The notes: generated from the sequence alone by a model not told the origin. Shown: positions 38,880 through 51,980, numbered from the stretch's first letter. The stretch: DNA of 64,000 nt from Octopus sinensis (GCF_006345805.1 NC_042998.1:169012001-169076000), one strand, 5' to 3'. Translations and numbers: made by a program.

Positions 38880-39075
38880 GTTCTTGGATTTGGCTTGCAA
38901 GATTCTTTATATGAGTTCGTGTGTTGAAGCATATTCTATTGTGTCTGGGGAAAGTCATTTTCTTTTTGTGTCTTATTATGTAACACACTCACCGGTAAAA
39001 TTTCCACGTTTTTCTTATTTTTATTGTCCTAAAATTTCGTTGCGTCTTGCAACCTTTTCAATAGTTTTGACTCTA
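38880..39075 (+). mobile_element. Dispersed repeat, second copy at ~55605-55830
   Basis: CTTGCAAGATTCTTTAT(A/G)TGA(G/A)TTCGTGTGTTGAA and TTTCGTTGC..CTTGCAACCTT shared. Confidence 0.65.
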
Positions 39076-39389
39076 TCCTATAATAACAGGGAATTTAAAT
39101 GAAAGTTTACCCTCGCTTGGAAAAATAACTTAGAAACATCAGAACTGGTTTAATTGTAAGGATACCACTTTTGATTTAATGTGAAAACATCGCAGTCAAG
39201 CTTGAAAGAAATACTTGTTCAAACTTAGCTAAATTTAGAGAAACAGACAAGAGACTGAAACAGTACGCACACATGGTAGATTTCGGGTGGAGGAGGAATA
39301 CAGCTGCTGATTTCAGCAACAGGAATAGGTTATATGCCTGTTTCATTGATATATACTGACCTCAGAAGAGAGGTGCCGCTTAGCTGAGG

Positions 39390-39700
39390 TCAGCTGATAA
39401 TAATATTCCGGAAAATTAAATGTTCAACTGTTCTGGAAAGCATTTTCAATAAATACTGATATGCCAATAGATGACCTGCCAGGTGTAGAGGAAGTGTTGG
39501 TCGAAAGCGGATCACACTGAAATAGTGAAGTACCAAAAGTAAGCGGTATCCCAGCAGAAGTGGAGAAAAAATAGAAGAGACGAACGTATCAGAAGTATCC
39601 ATCAATTGATGATGGTTCTATAAGACACTGGTCATGTCTCACAGGACTGGAAGAACGGTGGGAATATTCTCCTCTTGTTAAAGAAGTCGAATATGAATAA
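39390..39700 (+). mobile_element. LINE (RTE-like) reverse transcriptase fragment
   Basis: Remnants DDLPGVEEV, SGIPAEV, IHQL, GHVSQDWKNG resemble the KAAGPDGIPAE...VPQDWKDA region upstream of LINE RT domains. Confidence 0.55.
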
Positions 39701-39721
39701 ATGCAGAAAGTATCAAAGGAC

Positions 39722-39756
<35 letters not shown>

Positions 39757-40039
39757 TGTGTCTCTCTGTGTGTGTGTGTGTGTGTGTGTGTGTACTGCAC
39801 TCTTTCTTCAATATGCACATCATCACTTCTACAGCTCCTCCATAAAAACATTGATCTCAGTACCTCGCACAAGGACACAGTGCACCATCTGGTCCAGAAA
39901 TCGAACCCAGCCTTATGATCGTAGACCTAATGCGTGTAGTGGGCTGAGTGTGTGTGCGTGCGTGTGTATTTGTGTATATTCATGTGTGCATGTGTGTGTA
40001 CGGATACGATCAAAATTATGAGCATGAAAACAGTTAATT

Positions 40040-41430
40040 TCGATTTAATATTAAAGAGTTTGGCGAGTGGAAAGATAATACAGTCACCTGAGTTCACACA
40101 GGGAATATAATATTAATTTTGTTTAAATGTATTCAATTTAACAACAGGTCTCCAGAGTCTGAGTTAATCATCTTAGTGAAGCCGGTGTAAATAGTAACAT
40201 TTCTTTCTGTAGCATATATGCCTTTATTCACAAATACAGTTAATAGTTACGTTAATAGTTATGTAGTAAAGTCACGTTCAGAACGAAATCTTTGCTATTC
40301 ATCAAGTACAACTTGATTGCTGACGCGCTGATGTACAACACTCTTCGCATATAACAATATCACCTAGGGAATGACACGAGTAACGCTCTAAGGTCTATAT
40401 TTATCCATCTTGTATTATATCTTGCTTTCCATCTTATTGCTGTGGAGCAATGTGTTAAGCATTCTAATGATAATCAAATATGAACGCTACACATTTAAAG
40501 CTTACTACTTCTTACCGAGTCTTGAATCTTGAATCTGGTTTTGTTTTCTATTTAATGTCAGGAATCTAGTTGTAGTAGTATCATAAACCACTTCGATATT
40601 ATAACTTAACAGCTAACAAGATTACCGCTTAAAATTACAGGTTCCAATTATCGTACTCCAAAAGAACTAATGAAACAACGAAGAGCGTGATATACGTGGT
40701 CTCTTGACACATGTATACGTTATATTTCCATCAAAGTCGGCTCCTCCTGACCTAGTACTAAATATTAGTGATTTCTATCTTACGCACATGGCCAGGAAGT
40801 CAAGGGAAGAGTACAATCGGCGAAAATTATTTCGCTGTTTGACTGGTAGAAGTTTATCGCCTCCGGCCAAGTCGCCTGAGTTACGTTATGACATTGATAC
40901 GTTTTAAATCATTTATGTTGATATAATAGATTTCTACTAACATAGCCAAATTCGGGATACGATTGCAAGCAGTAGCGGCCGAAGTGTGTAGAGCTCACGC
41001 TTTGATATATAATTGGAATGCTAACATTGCGCTATAAAAATAAGATAGGGAGAGAAGATATGAAGCCAAATCGGTAAATAAAGACCTTTGAGCATTACTT
41101 GTGCCATTCCTTAGGTGTCCTTGTTATATGCAAAGAGTGTTGTCCATCAGCGAGTTAGCAATCAAATTGTTATTGATGAATAGCAAAGATTTCCTCCTGA
41201 ACGTGACTTTACTATATAACTATTAACTGTATTTGGGAATAAAGACGTATAAGCAAGAAAAAGAATTGTGACTACTTACACCGACTTCACTAAGATGATT
41301 GGCTCAGACTTGGGAGATCTGTTGTTAGATTGAATAAACAAAATACACATTACTTTCTCCGTGTGGAGTCGATTAGCCATATCATTACAGTTTCTTTCTT
41401 TCACCGAACACTTAAATGTTATATATCATT
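40040..41430. repeat. Long diverged inverted repeat (~500 bp arms, ~350-450 bp spacer); foldback-type element
   Basis: Colinear inverted matches, e.g. ATCATCTTAGTGAAG/CTTCACTAAGATGAT, AGTAAAGTCACGTTCA/TGAACGTGACTTTACT, AAATCTTTGCTATTC/GAATAGCAAAGATTT. Confidence 0.85.
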
Positions 41431-41512
41431 TATGTTTTCATGTCCATAATTGATCGTTGCGTATACGTGTGTACACATTAATGTATACATGTAAATACAT
41501 ATATATATAGAG

Positions 41513-41602
<90 letters not shown>

Positions 41603-41831
41603 ACGGATGGATGAATGGATACATACATACATACATATGGATATAGACGTATAGGTGTGTGTCAGATATTAGATGTTAGTGACGGAAACAGTATTATTAC
41701 CAAATAGAAATCTTTATAGCCAACTTAACGATATTCGCATAGATGTGTGTGAGTGATATATCTTTTGTATGATGTGGATAATATTCCATCTACATTACTC
41801 ATATGATGCTAGTATTAATTTTAAAATTATC

Positions 41832-41896
41832 CCAAGACTTGGTTTCCATGTTGTCGACCCTCGACAGAATTCGATTTCGCATTTCACCTCAGCTGG
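41832..41896 (-). ncRNA. Degenerate hammerhead
   Basis: Minus strand CCAG-CTGAGGT...TGTCGA(ggg)TCGACA...GAAAC-CAA-GTC-TTGG. Confidence 0.45.
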
Positions 41897-42294
41897 CCCT
41901 GTCCTCCTTAACACCTTAGCAAAACACATGAGGGAGGAAACGAGACCCTATTACAATCAAACTGTTCCAGGACAAATTCCTTCAAAAAATTTCCAATAAA
42001 CCGTTTACACCCGGATATATGTATGCAAACGAGAATATCTTTCTCAGATGGTGCTATTGAGTTATCATGTCATGAACCAATACTAACCAAAACATACCTA
42101 AATCTCTTCCTCTCTCTCTCTCTCTCTCTCTCTTTTCTCACTCTCTCGCTCTCTCGCTCTCTCACTCTCTCTTTCTCACTCCCTCACTCTCTTACTCTCT
42201 CTCTCTCTTCTCTCTATGTACAACTGTGTGTGTTTGCGTGTGTATATATATATATTTATATACATATATATAAATATACACACACACATATATA

Positions 42295-43187
42295 TACGTG
42301 GCCTGATCAGTAAGTATCCGAACTGTTGCTATAGTAACGACGCTAAAGCACACAGAGAAAAGCCGCTTGGCATAGATTGACCTTGAACTCTGCTGTGCAT
42401 GCGCACTAAGTTTCAAGGTTCTAGCTCACTTTCGCTGTTTACAGCAGTGCTTGGAAGGAACGTGTGTAGCGGGTGATAGTCGCATTGACCATGAAAGAGA
42501 AAATTTAGCAGACAATCTGAATTAAATTTTTCCAAAAGCTTGGCGATATCTGCTCAGAGGCCTACGCAAAGTTTTCAAAACGTTTTCATCGTTCTCGACA
42601 CAATCAAGGAGGTCTTGTGCAATTGAAACCGAGTGTGTCTTTTTGGTCAGCAGAAAGCAGTTTTGGCACAAACTTGGCAAACACACGTCTCATATCCAAA
42701 TCTTCAGTGATAATGGACTGTACTTAACCGTAACTAATCTGTACATCCTCTGATAACTCACGGACGGTGATTCGACAATTTCCTCTCACAACTGCACGCT
42801 CATCTGCGATGTTTTTCTCAGTTCCGCTGGTTGCGGGTCTCCCAGAACGTTCGTCAATATCGACATTTTCCGGCCATCTTGGAAACGTCTGAACCACTCG
42901 TACACTTGTGTGCGGCTCATATACTCCTCTCCATACACTTTCTGCAATTTTGCGTAGGGCTCTAAACAGGTGTCACCATGACAACTTTCTCTGTCATGGT
43001 CAATGCTGCGATCATATGCTACACACGTTCCTTCCAAGCACTGATGTAAACAGCAAAAGTGAGCTAGAACGTTAAAACTGCATGCACAGCAGAGTTCAAG
43101 GTCAGTGTGGGCCAATCTACTTTACTCTGCGTGGTTTAGGTTCGTTACTTTGGCAACAGTCCGAATACTTATTGATCAGACCTCGTA
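42295..43187 (-). mobile_element. Second copy of the mariner derivative at 2045-2875
   Basis: Same TIRs; EPYAKLQKVYGEEYMSRTQVYEWFRRFQDGR on the minus strand. Confidence 0.9.
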
Positions 43188-43432
43188 TATAGGCGTATAT
43201 ATATATATATGCATGCATTATGTATTGATACACACACACATTCACACACACAGACACACATACACATACACACACACATATATACTGAGGGTGAGTTACC
43301 TCGCCTGTCCATGACTCTGAGGCGTTTTTTGTAAGATGTGGCATTTGAGAGTTTATATACTCCGCCACGCCATTACAGCCACTGGAAAATACACAAAGCT
43401 TATGCATTAAGTATATATGTTAATAATATATA

Positions 43433-43596
43433 TACGTATTCTGATCAATAAGTATCCGGATTGTTGCCATAGTAACGAAGCCAAAGGACGGAGAGTAAAG
43501 CTGCTTGGTATAGATTGACCTTGAACTCTACTGTGCATGTTAAGTATCTTCGTTATTATGCAACAGTCCGGATACTTATCGATCAGACTGCGTGTA
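43433..43596. mobile_element. ~160 bp mini-MITE of the same mariner family
   Basis: CTGATCAATAAGTATCCGGA ... CCGGATACTTATCGATCAG. Confidence 0.85.
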
Positions 43597-44581
43597 CGCT
43601 TTGGTGCTGTGTGTTAAAACACCTGAATGTCATAGACAAGTGAGACAACTAACCCCTAATCTCATTCCCAATGTGCTTTGGGGGTGTCGTCCACAGTGCG
43701 CAACCCGCAGCGTACCGGTGAACAAGCAAGACACACAATTTGAGTATGTGCGTGTATGTGTGTGTATGTGTGTATGTGCACGCGTGCATGTGTATGTGTG
43801 TGTTATAGATCATGCATTTATGTCATATATATCATATGTATTAGGCTTGATAAGTGCACGAGACTCTCGACTGTTAAGTCATTCAGTAACTTCTACCTAT
43901 TAATAATAAAAAATATCAATTATGTATTTATGTATTTATGTATCTCTGTATATGCATCTATATACGTATGCATATGTATCACTATTTCACAATGCTTTCC
44001 TAAAACAGCTATTATTTCTCATTTTATATATATTTTATTAAAAACATTAGTACTTCGTTCTTTTGTTTGTTCGTGAGAAATTTATGTACCTTCAACTCGT
44101 GATATTAGCAAAATACTGTATATTATGTGGCTAAACGTATAACGTTCAACATTCGCTGAAGAGATAAATAGTTACTGAAACACTAAAACACCTCGTGAAG
44201 CGACTCGTGGCAAATATTTTTGATATCTCTGTATTTGAGATCCATTCATATAGGCATAAATGCATAGCGCTGGCTACCTACTGAGTCATTTTTCACTTTC
44301 AGTGACTGAATGTCTCTTAAATGAATTAAGTCTTTACTGTCTTCAACCAGGGTTCAATGTTCCTTCTATTTGCTAGATATATTAATATATATGTATGTGT
44401 ATATGCATATATATATATATATATAATTTCAATACGAAGCAAATAATTCACGAAAAGGTAATTTGCAAAGATACCATTGACTTTGTTATTATCTAGTGTA
44501 ACAATTTTAAAATGATAATAACTGAATCAATAATATAGGCGATTGAAGGCCCCAAAAAAGCATTAAATAGCTGAAGGATTA

Positions 44582-45011
44582 AAATTAATCAGAGGACATA
44601 CTAAGTATGTCTACCAGGTGGAAATAACAGTCAAAATTCTCATTTAAATCGCCAAAATACACTGATAATAACTACAGAAATCAGCTATCTGAAGGGAAAC
44701 GGGCTAAAACAATCTCCCTACGTACATTTAAGTATTTGGACTCACGTGGACCGGTTTCTGCACTGGCAAACAATAGCCTCAGCTTCCTGAGCTCACGTTA
44801 CCATGATAGAGACTCCCAATCCGTCGTATTTGAAGTCTGCGCTGCAGCTGATTCGTTTTGTGCCGAAATCATGGCAGCCACCAGTGTGAAAATAATTCCC
44901 GAAGAAAAACAGAGTCAACGATTATTATCAGTGTATCTTGGCGATTTAGCTGAGAGTTATGACTATTATTTCCAGCAAGTAGACATACTTACTATGTCCT
45001 TTGATTAATTT
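44582..45011. mobile_element. MITE with ~90 bp TIRs
   Basis: AAATTAATCA(G/A)AGGACATA(C/G)TAAGTATGTCTAC...ATCGCCAA(A/G)ATACACTGATAATAA at both ends in inverted orientation. Confidence 0.85.
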
Positions 45012-45537
45012 ATCTATATATATTGTTGATGTCATAACAAATCAGAATCTTCGAAAGTATGAGAAATAATTCTTGTCTTGGAATTATCTCGAAGCAGACA
45101 GAGCTATAAACTACAACGTGTGAACTTGTGTTTCAGGCTTAAAACTCAGCATCATTATGGTTATAATTTCAGTTACGATTCTGCTAAACATGTCTACATA
45201 CACAGACGTACGTAGCAGGCACTAAGGCTCACACAACTACACGCACTCACACGCACACATACAAACATACACATATGCACAACCATACAACCAGAACGTA
45301 CCCACATCCACACATTCATAAACCCCGTATGTGTACACACACACACATACACACTCACACTATTACCAGTCTTACCTCTACCGCAACTATACATTTAGGT
45401 GCCACCAGCTTCCTGTTCAGCCTAGCAGTCACAAAAATTCCTCTTTCTAACAGAACTACTGTCGCTGAGCAACCGTCTTGATCAATAGTAGCCTATTTCC
45501 GGTAGCCATCTTAGATTTCTTGTATTTCCCAATAAAC

Positions 45538-45580
45538 CTGAAAGAGTGGGGCTTTCGTTAGAAGCCCACAGAACTTAGTC
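45538..45580 (+). ncRNA. Degenerate hammerhead immediately before (TA)n
   Basis: CTGAAAGA-GTGGGGCTTTC(gtta)GAAGCCCAC-AGAAC-TTA-GTC; stem I not recoverable. Confidence 0.45.
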
Positions 45581-45868
45581 ACATAAGGCCGAATGAAACT
45601 GTTTATATATATATATATCAGATATTAGGTGCTACTGACGGAAGCAGTATTAGTACCGAATAGAAATTTTTATATCCTACTTAATGTGGATGTAGTGTAA
45701 GAACACTATGATACTACGGTATTCGTATAGATGTTTGGCGGTTAAAACCACAAGAAATATCAGTAGCAAATGAAAATTGTCCAGCACCAGTCGTGGAACT
45801 GCTAGATCACGTGTTTGAACATGAATGTGTGCATGTGTGTGTGTTGTGTGTCTGTGTCTGAGTCTGTG

Positions 45869-45937
<69 letters not shown>

Positions 45938-46453
45938 TGTGTGTGTGTGTGTGAATGTATGTATATATGCGTACGTGTGTGTACAAAGTCATTGCTTTGG
46001 TAGGATCGCTTAACGTCCATAACTCTTTATATTCAAACACTGTCGAAGTCGGTATTTGAACATCGTTGCCTTCTAAAGGAAGTGAGTACCCGTTGAGTAA
46101 TAGAGTCGATGCAATCGAATGTTTCCTTCATTCACCTCCCAAATAGGATAATCATCCGTTGATGGATACGTTAAATCAGCGAAAAGTAGGCAACAGAGTA
46201 TACATGAATGATACTCGATATACATCAATATATAAACGTACATGTATATACATATTGTGTAATGTATATCATTTTTTTATGTAAAATTATAGAGAAGGGG
46301 AAAATACCTATTATTAACTTGAATGCAGAATTTCAGATATCCTGCTATTATCTCATCTCCTCGTATAATGCAATCTCCCCCAGAGCTTGAAATGATTGTT
46401 ATGAATGTTTTTAGACTCTAATTGCTACTGAACATATAAACTGCTGGAACCAG

Positions 46454-46910
46454 TATGTATGTATGTATGTATGTATGTATGTATGTATGTATGTATGTAT
46501 GTATGTATGTATGTATGTATGTATGTGTGTATGTATGTATGTATGTATGTATGTATGTGTGTGTATGTATGTATGTATTTATGTATTTATGTATGTATGT
46601 ATGTGTGTGTATGTATATATGTATTATGTTTGTATGTGTGTGTATGTATGTATGTATGTGTATGTATGCATGTATATATATATGTACGTATGTACATATG
46701 TATGTATACCTCTACGTACGTATGTATGAATGTATTTATGTATGTATATACGTGTGTACATATGTATGTATGTATGTACATGCGTATGTATACTTATATG
46801 TATACGTATACATACGTATGTATACGTATATGCATATCTATGTATGTGTTTATGTATGTGTGTGTATGCTTGTATGTACGTATAACTTGTCGGTATATCT
46901 GTATGTATGA
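46454..46910. repeat. (TATG)n microsatellite, degenerating 3'
   Basis: Direct reading. Confidence 0.95.
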
Positions 46911-48936
46911 ATGATCTATTTGATCTTGACTTAAGTTTTCAAAATTCTGGTTAATGGAGAAAGAGCAAGTTTCAAGCCTATTAAAAACCTAATATTCCAG
47001 TTGAAGAGCTAGTGGGCCAGCAAAAGTTGATGCATTCTGTCTCACCCGCTCGTCAGTGTCTACTAGTCTGAGTTTAATGTGACTGAACTTGTCCACATGC
47101 AGTCAATGGACAGTTATCAGGGGACTTATTAAAGTGGTCATATAAAATGATTTTTTTGTCTTTTCCTCAGGGGAGATCTGACTCTTCCCTAGTGTCATCT
47201 TTGAGTTTATTTTTACAATGCAAGTATGTTTCCAGTGACAGAGACTTATTCTTTCAACGACATAGTGGAACTATTCTCTTAATACCAATAGCGGCAAAGA
47301 TATCGAGCACAATTATTTGTTTCTGCAGCTGTTTATTCGATTATGTCTTTTTAGTGTCTGCAAGGTTACTAAAGAGCTAAAAAGTCTCCTTCATTGAGAT
47401 TAAGACAACATCAAACAGAATAGTCTTGTTAGTATATACTTACGTATAAACATGTATATATTATGTATACATGTATATTTATAAACTTTAGGTTAGTTAA
47501 AATATTTTTGTGATATATTTTAACTTCTAAAGACAAATTCACTGCAATTACCAAGGAGAGAAAAATTCTCTCTTCTGGCAAAAAGTGTAAAAATACTATA
47601 TCTGTCCAGTGCTTACCTCTAGCGGATTCCCAGATGCGTGTTTCTGGCCCTTTAACCTTTCTCAGTGGGAAATACTGAAGAGAAATAACGCTGACCAGAT
47701 TTAAAGCCGATGCTTTAAGTAAAAACAATCAACATCAGTTGCGCTAGTGGATCGCTTGGTTGAACTTAATGTTAATTAAGATGTGTCTGTGACATTTTAA
47801 CTTCTAAAGGTAAATTCGTTGAAGTTACCGTGGAGAAAATATTCCCTTTCATGGTGAAAGGTGTAAAACCACTGTACATCTGTAGGCATATACAAGAGTT
47901 GGACAAAATAATGAAAACACCACATTTTATTTTATTTAACTATGTTTTTTTTTTCTATTGGTAATATTACGAATGAAAAACATTTCTGGTCTGTATATAT
48001 ATATGAACATCAGCATTATGTATGCCTTGTATTTCGTAATATAGCCTTCTCTTTTGTTTTTGTTTTGTTTTGTTTTTCATTTTTGCAGAAGTTTATATGT
48101 GTGACCTATCTGATTTCCAAAGAAGACAAATTATTGGAGCATGGATGGCTGGAACTTCAGTCTCTAAAACTGCTAACTTGTTTAACGTTTCGAAAGATAA
48201 AGTCTTTAAAATAATTTCAATACCGAGGTAAAATCCGCACTAACAAGCATAATTCTGGACGGAAGGCAAAGCTCATAAAAAGGGACCGCAGAATAGTGAC
48301 AACTCTTGTGTCTTAAGCCGATCGTACTACAACAACAAAAGTGACTGCAAAAAAATCTACCTAAAAATCTACCTAACCAATCTGTATGTATGTATGTATG
48401 TATGTATGTATGTATGTATGTATGTATGTATGCATGCATGTATGTATGTATGTATGTATGTATGTATGTATGTATGTATGTATGTATGTATGCGTCTTTG
48501 CATATAAGCATGCATACGTATACATATGCATGTATGTACACACTCTTACATAGGTGCACGTATGAATGCCATCGCAATGTGGAGATTTGTATATTTTGAC
48601 ATATATTCGTGTACAGAAACACATATTTGCCTGTTTATATGTATGTATAAGTTTGGATCGCATCAAAGCTAGGGTGAAAAACTACAGTATTTCACGCAGT
48701 GGATTCAAACTTGGGATGGTTGCGAAATGAAGTTCTTAATCACTCGGCTATGCTTGTGTCCAGATGTTGTTCTATTATAGTGTCATCAGAATATATTATG
48801 AAAATGCAATTCAAAATATACGGGTTCCTCTCTTTCTTTTATATTTCTCTCCCTCTCTCTTTTTTTCTCTCTCCACACACACACACACACACACACACAC
48901 CCACCACACATACACACACATATATACACACACATA

Positions 48937-49431
48937 CAGTAATCACTCGCCATATCGCGATTCACCTGTCGCGCCCTCAGTACATCGCGGATTTTCTGGC
49001 TAATATATGTAAATTTATATCGCGGACACCTCAGTATAACGCGGGTTTCTGCGGCCGATAGGTATTTATATCTTTTTTAGATTTTAATTATTTCTGTGGT
49101 AAAATCAACATTTTCGCGCATAAAAATTAATAAATTAATAAATAAAAATACAGTACAGTACTGCACTGTATAACACATTAATTAAAATATATCAAAAGAA
49201 AATACGTAACGTACCCTAGATTAGTAAACAAGGAATCGCACATGCTCCATGGAAAACGTAATTCGGGAAGCGAGTGTGTGGTCTTGTTTTACATTTATAA
49301 TAAAAATAAATATATACAAATTATGAAAATAAAAGAATATATACAGTATTGTTTCTACTTCGCGGATTTTCACCTATCGCGGGGAGGGGGGCTTCTGGAA
49401 CGTAACACCCACGATAGCCGAGGGATCACTG
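48937..49431. mobile_element. pogo/Tigger-type MITE
   Basis: CAGTAATCACTCGCCATATCGCG ... CACGATAGCCGAGGGATCACTG with TA on both sides. Confidence 0.75.
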
Positions 49432-49461
<30 letters not shown>

Positions 49462-49463
<2 letters not shown>

Positions 49464-50487
49464 CTAAGCAATAAAGGGTTTAGCAACGAATTGCCTTACC
49501 ACATACCGAATTTAGAAATAGCAGTCAAAGAGTTATAGCTATTTCTTCTACTAAAAAGGGAGATCTCAGTAAAAACAGCAATTGGAAGGCAGACACAAAC
49601 AGGTAAGAGAGAATGAATTGACGGCAATCTATCATACAATTTTAAGTTATCTACGGACGCACGTTTCGAAATCAAGTTTTTAGGAAAGCATAAGAATTAA
49701 ATATTAAATAATTCTACCTTACCAAAACTTCTTTTCTCTTTTGCTATTTCTAAATTCGGTATGTGGTAAGGCAATTCGTTGCTAAACCCTTTATTGCTTA
49801 GTATTACTTAAATTTTCCTCGAATGAGGCTTTTACATGCCGAAGACTACTTGGTGTAATTGATAATTATTCCAATTAATTAATTTCACCCTTCATTATTA
49901 CGGATAACCATATTTTATCTCAGTAGATGACCACAGCATCTTGTTTTGGCTACACGCGGGTGGGAAGGGCTGGTGACAACAATCTTTTCATTCACACTTT
50001 GAGTTGGTGATACTAGTTGCGGATTCTAGCTCGCTCTGATACTGAGTTGAGTTGGTGCCTTCTAGTATCTCAAAATTCAAATATAAATCATTATGATTAT
50101 AGTATTCTAACCTGAAGAGAAAAGAAGTTTTGTAAGGTAGAATTATTTAATATTTAATCTTATGCTTTCCTAAAAACTTGATTTCGAAACGTGCTTAGAT
50201 AACTTAAAATTGTATGATAGATGCCGTCAATCATTCTCTCTTACCGTTTGTGTCTGCCTTCCAATTGCTGTTTTTACTGAATCTCCCTTTTTAGTAGAAG
50301 AAATAGCTATAACTCTTTGACTGCTATTTCTAAATTCGTATGTGGTAAGGCAATTCGTTGCTAAACCTTTATTGCTTAGTATTACTTAAATTTTCCTCGA
50401 ATGAGCTTTACATGCCGAAGACTACTTGTTGTAATTGATAATTATTCCAAATTAATATTTCATCACCCTTCATTATTACGGATAATT
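49462..50487 (+). mobile_element. Retrozyme-like element: inverted 5' segment + ~1.3 units of ~580 bp, hammerhead relic
   Basis: 49462-49740 inverts 50119-50395; 49742-49900 repeats at 50322-50487; CTGAAGA (50112)-GAAA...TTTC-GAAAC-GTGC with GTCCG deleted in the direct copy but present in the inverted copy (49654-49667); (TA)n on both sides. Confidence 0.75.
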
Positions 50488-50508
50488 ATATATATATATA
50501 TATATATA

Positions 50509-51266
50509 AAACAGGTTGCCTAGCCACAAGCAACCTGTTGTCTGCCTTTTATTTATATACAATATATATATTGAACTTTTATAGAAATTCCTACCGTTAA
50601 TGGTTATATTTATATGCCGAAATCTACCAGTAAATAATTGTTGGTTTTTTAAAAACCATTAAAGATATTCTTTACTCTTATTATATTACTAATTGGAATT
50701 TTCACTCCCTTACGACAACCCATAGTTTCTATCTCTAAGGAACTATTTTTGTAATACACATGGTAAAATTTTGGAGGGAAAATTTACGAATTCAATCGTC
50801 TACATAGGTTTAGCCTATGCTTGCTTTCTTCCACTATTTCGATGTCGCCTGATCGGGAAGTGGAGGTACGTAGCATTTGATAAATCTATTTTAGTGGAGG
50901 TTTACGCTGATGAAAGACATGGAATTTATATTTTATTATATTTCTAATCTAGAAACGCGTTTGTAAATGACCGTCAGACTTTGTTTTCGTTATTTCTTCC
51001 TTCTGTTTTGCATATGTGAATTGCAGGGATATGTCGTATGTGGAGTCTCATTTGTAGAAAATAGAAATAAATAGTCTTTGACTGCTATTTCTAATTTTTT
51101 CGGTATGTGGCTAAGCAATCTGTTGCCTGCCTCTTTTATTTATATACAATATATATATTGAACTTTTATAGAAGTCCCTACCGTTAATGGTTATATTTAC
51201 ATGCCGAAATCTACCAGTAAATAATTGTTGGTGTTTTTAAAAACCATTAAAGATATTATTTACTCT

Positions 51267-51270
<4 letters not shown>
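50509..51270 (+). mobile_element. Related retrozyme-like element, ~585 bp unit, near-intact hammerhead
   Basis: Short inverted head (AACAGGTTGCCTAGCCACA); direct repeat 50530-50690 / 51114-51270; (TA)n on both sides. Confidence 0.75.
50901..50967 (+). ncRNA. Type I hammerhead ribozyme, minimal stem III
   Basis: TTTACG-CTGATGA-AAGA...TCTA-GAAAC-GC-GTT-TGTAAA; palindromic ACGCGT stem III typical of dimer-acting PLE hammerheads. Confidence 0.75.
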
Positions 51271-51354
<84 letters not shown>

Positions 51355-51356
<2 letters not shown>

Positions 51357-51930
51357 GTACATCGTAATACCTCGAATTTGTTCCTGGAGATCGCTCGTAG
51401 GACGAAAACTCGTAAAGCAGAGCAGTAATTTCCCATAGTAGCAATGTTATAAATCGTAATTTCGTTCTCAGAAAAATATTTTAATTATAAAATTCATAAT
51501 ATTCGTAAATAAATGGCAATAAAACAACAGTAGAATGTATAGAATATTTTATGTAAAGTAAAAAGAATATCCAGATCATTCATAATAAAAAATATTATTA
51601 TTATAATCGTTTTCTGAATCACTTCCACTCGCACTACACTCACGGACACCATCACTTGTAGATGCGATCGCTGATTCACAAACACTCGTAGACGGACTCG
51701 TAGATTTCTTTTTTAAAAACAAATCTATAGTTGTTTGATTAGACGAAACTTTTTCTCGCTCCATATGAATTTCTCACTAACACGCAGAGGCTTTTCCATT
51801 TCATTCAAAATTTGGATCTTGTTCTTGAAAAAAATTCAGCTCACCATACAAAAGTAAGTTAAAAAGTAAAACTCGCAAACCAGGGGTCTCGTAAAGCGAG
51901 TCCTCGTAAAGTGAGGCAAAGCTCTGTGTG
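51355..51930 (-). mobile_element. Tigger/pogo-like non-autonomous element
   Basis: Repeated CTCGTAAAG(C/T)GAG subterminal motifs; C-terminal-like remnant QTTIDLFLKK on the minus strand. Confidence 0.5.
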
Positions 51931-51980
51931 GGTGTGGGTGTGTGCATGTGTGTAAGAGAATGATAGATATAAAATTGCAC

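Noticed and set aside
47515-47880. Diverged ~90 bp direct repeat with ~280 bp spacing (NL.LEVK in one frame)
   Set aside because: Real similarity, but no evidence of coding or ribozyme function.
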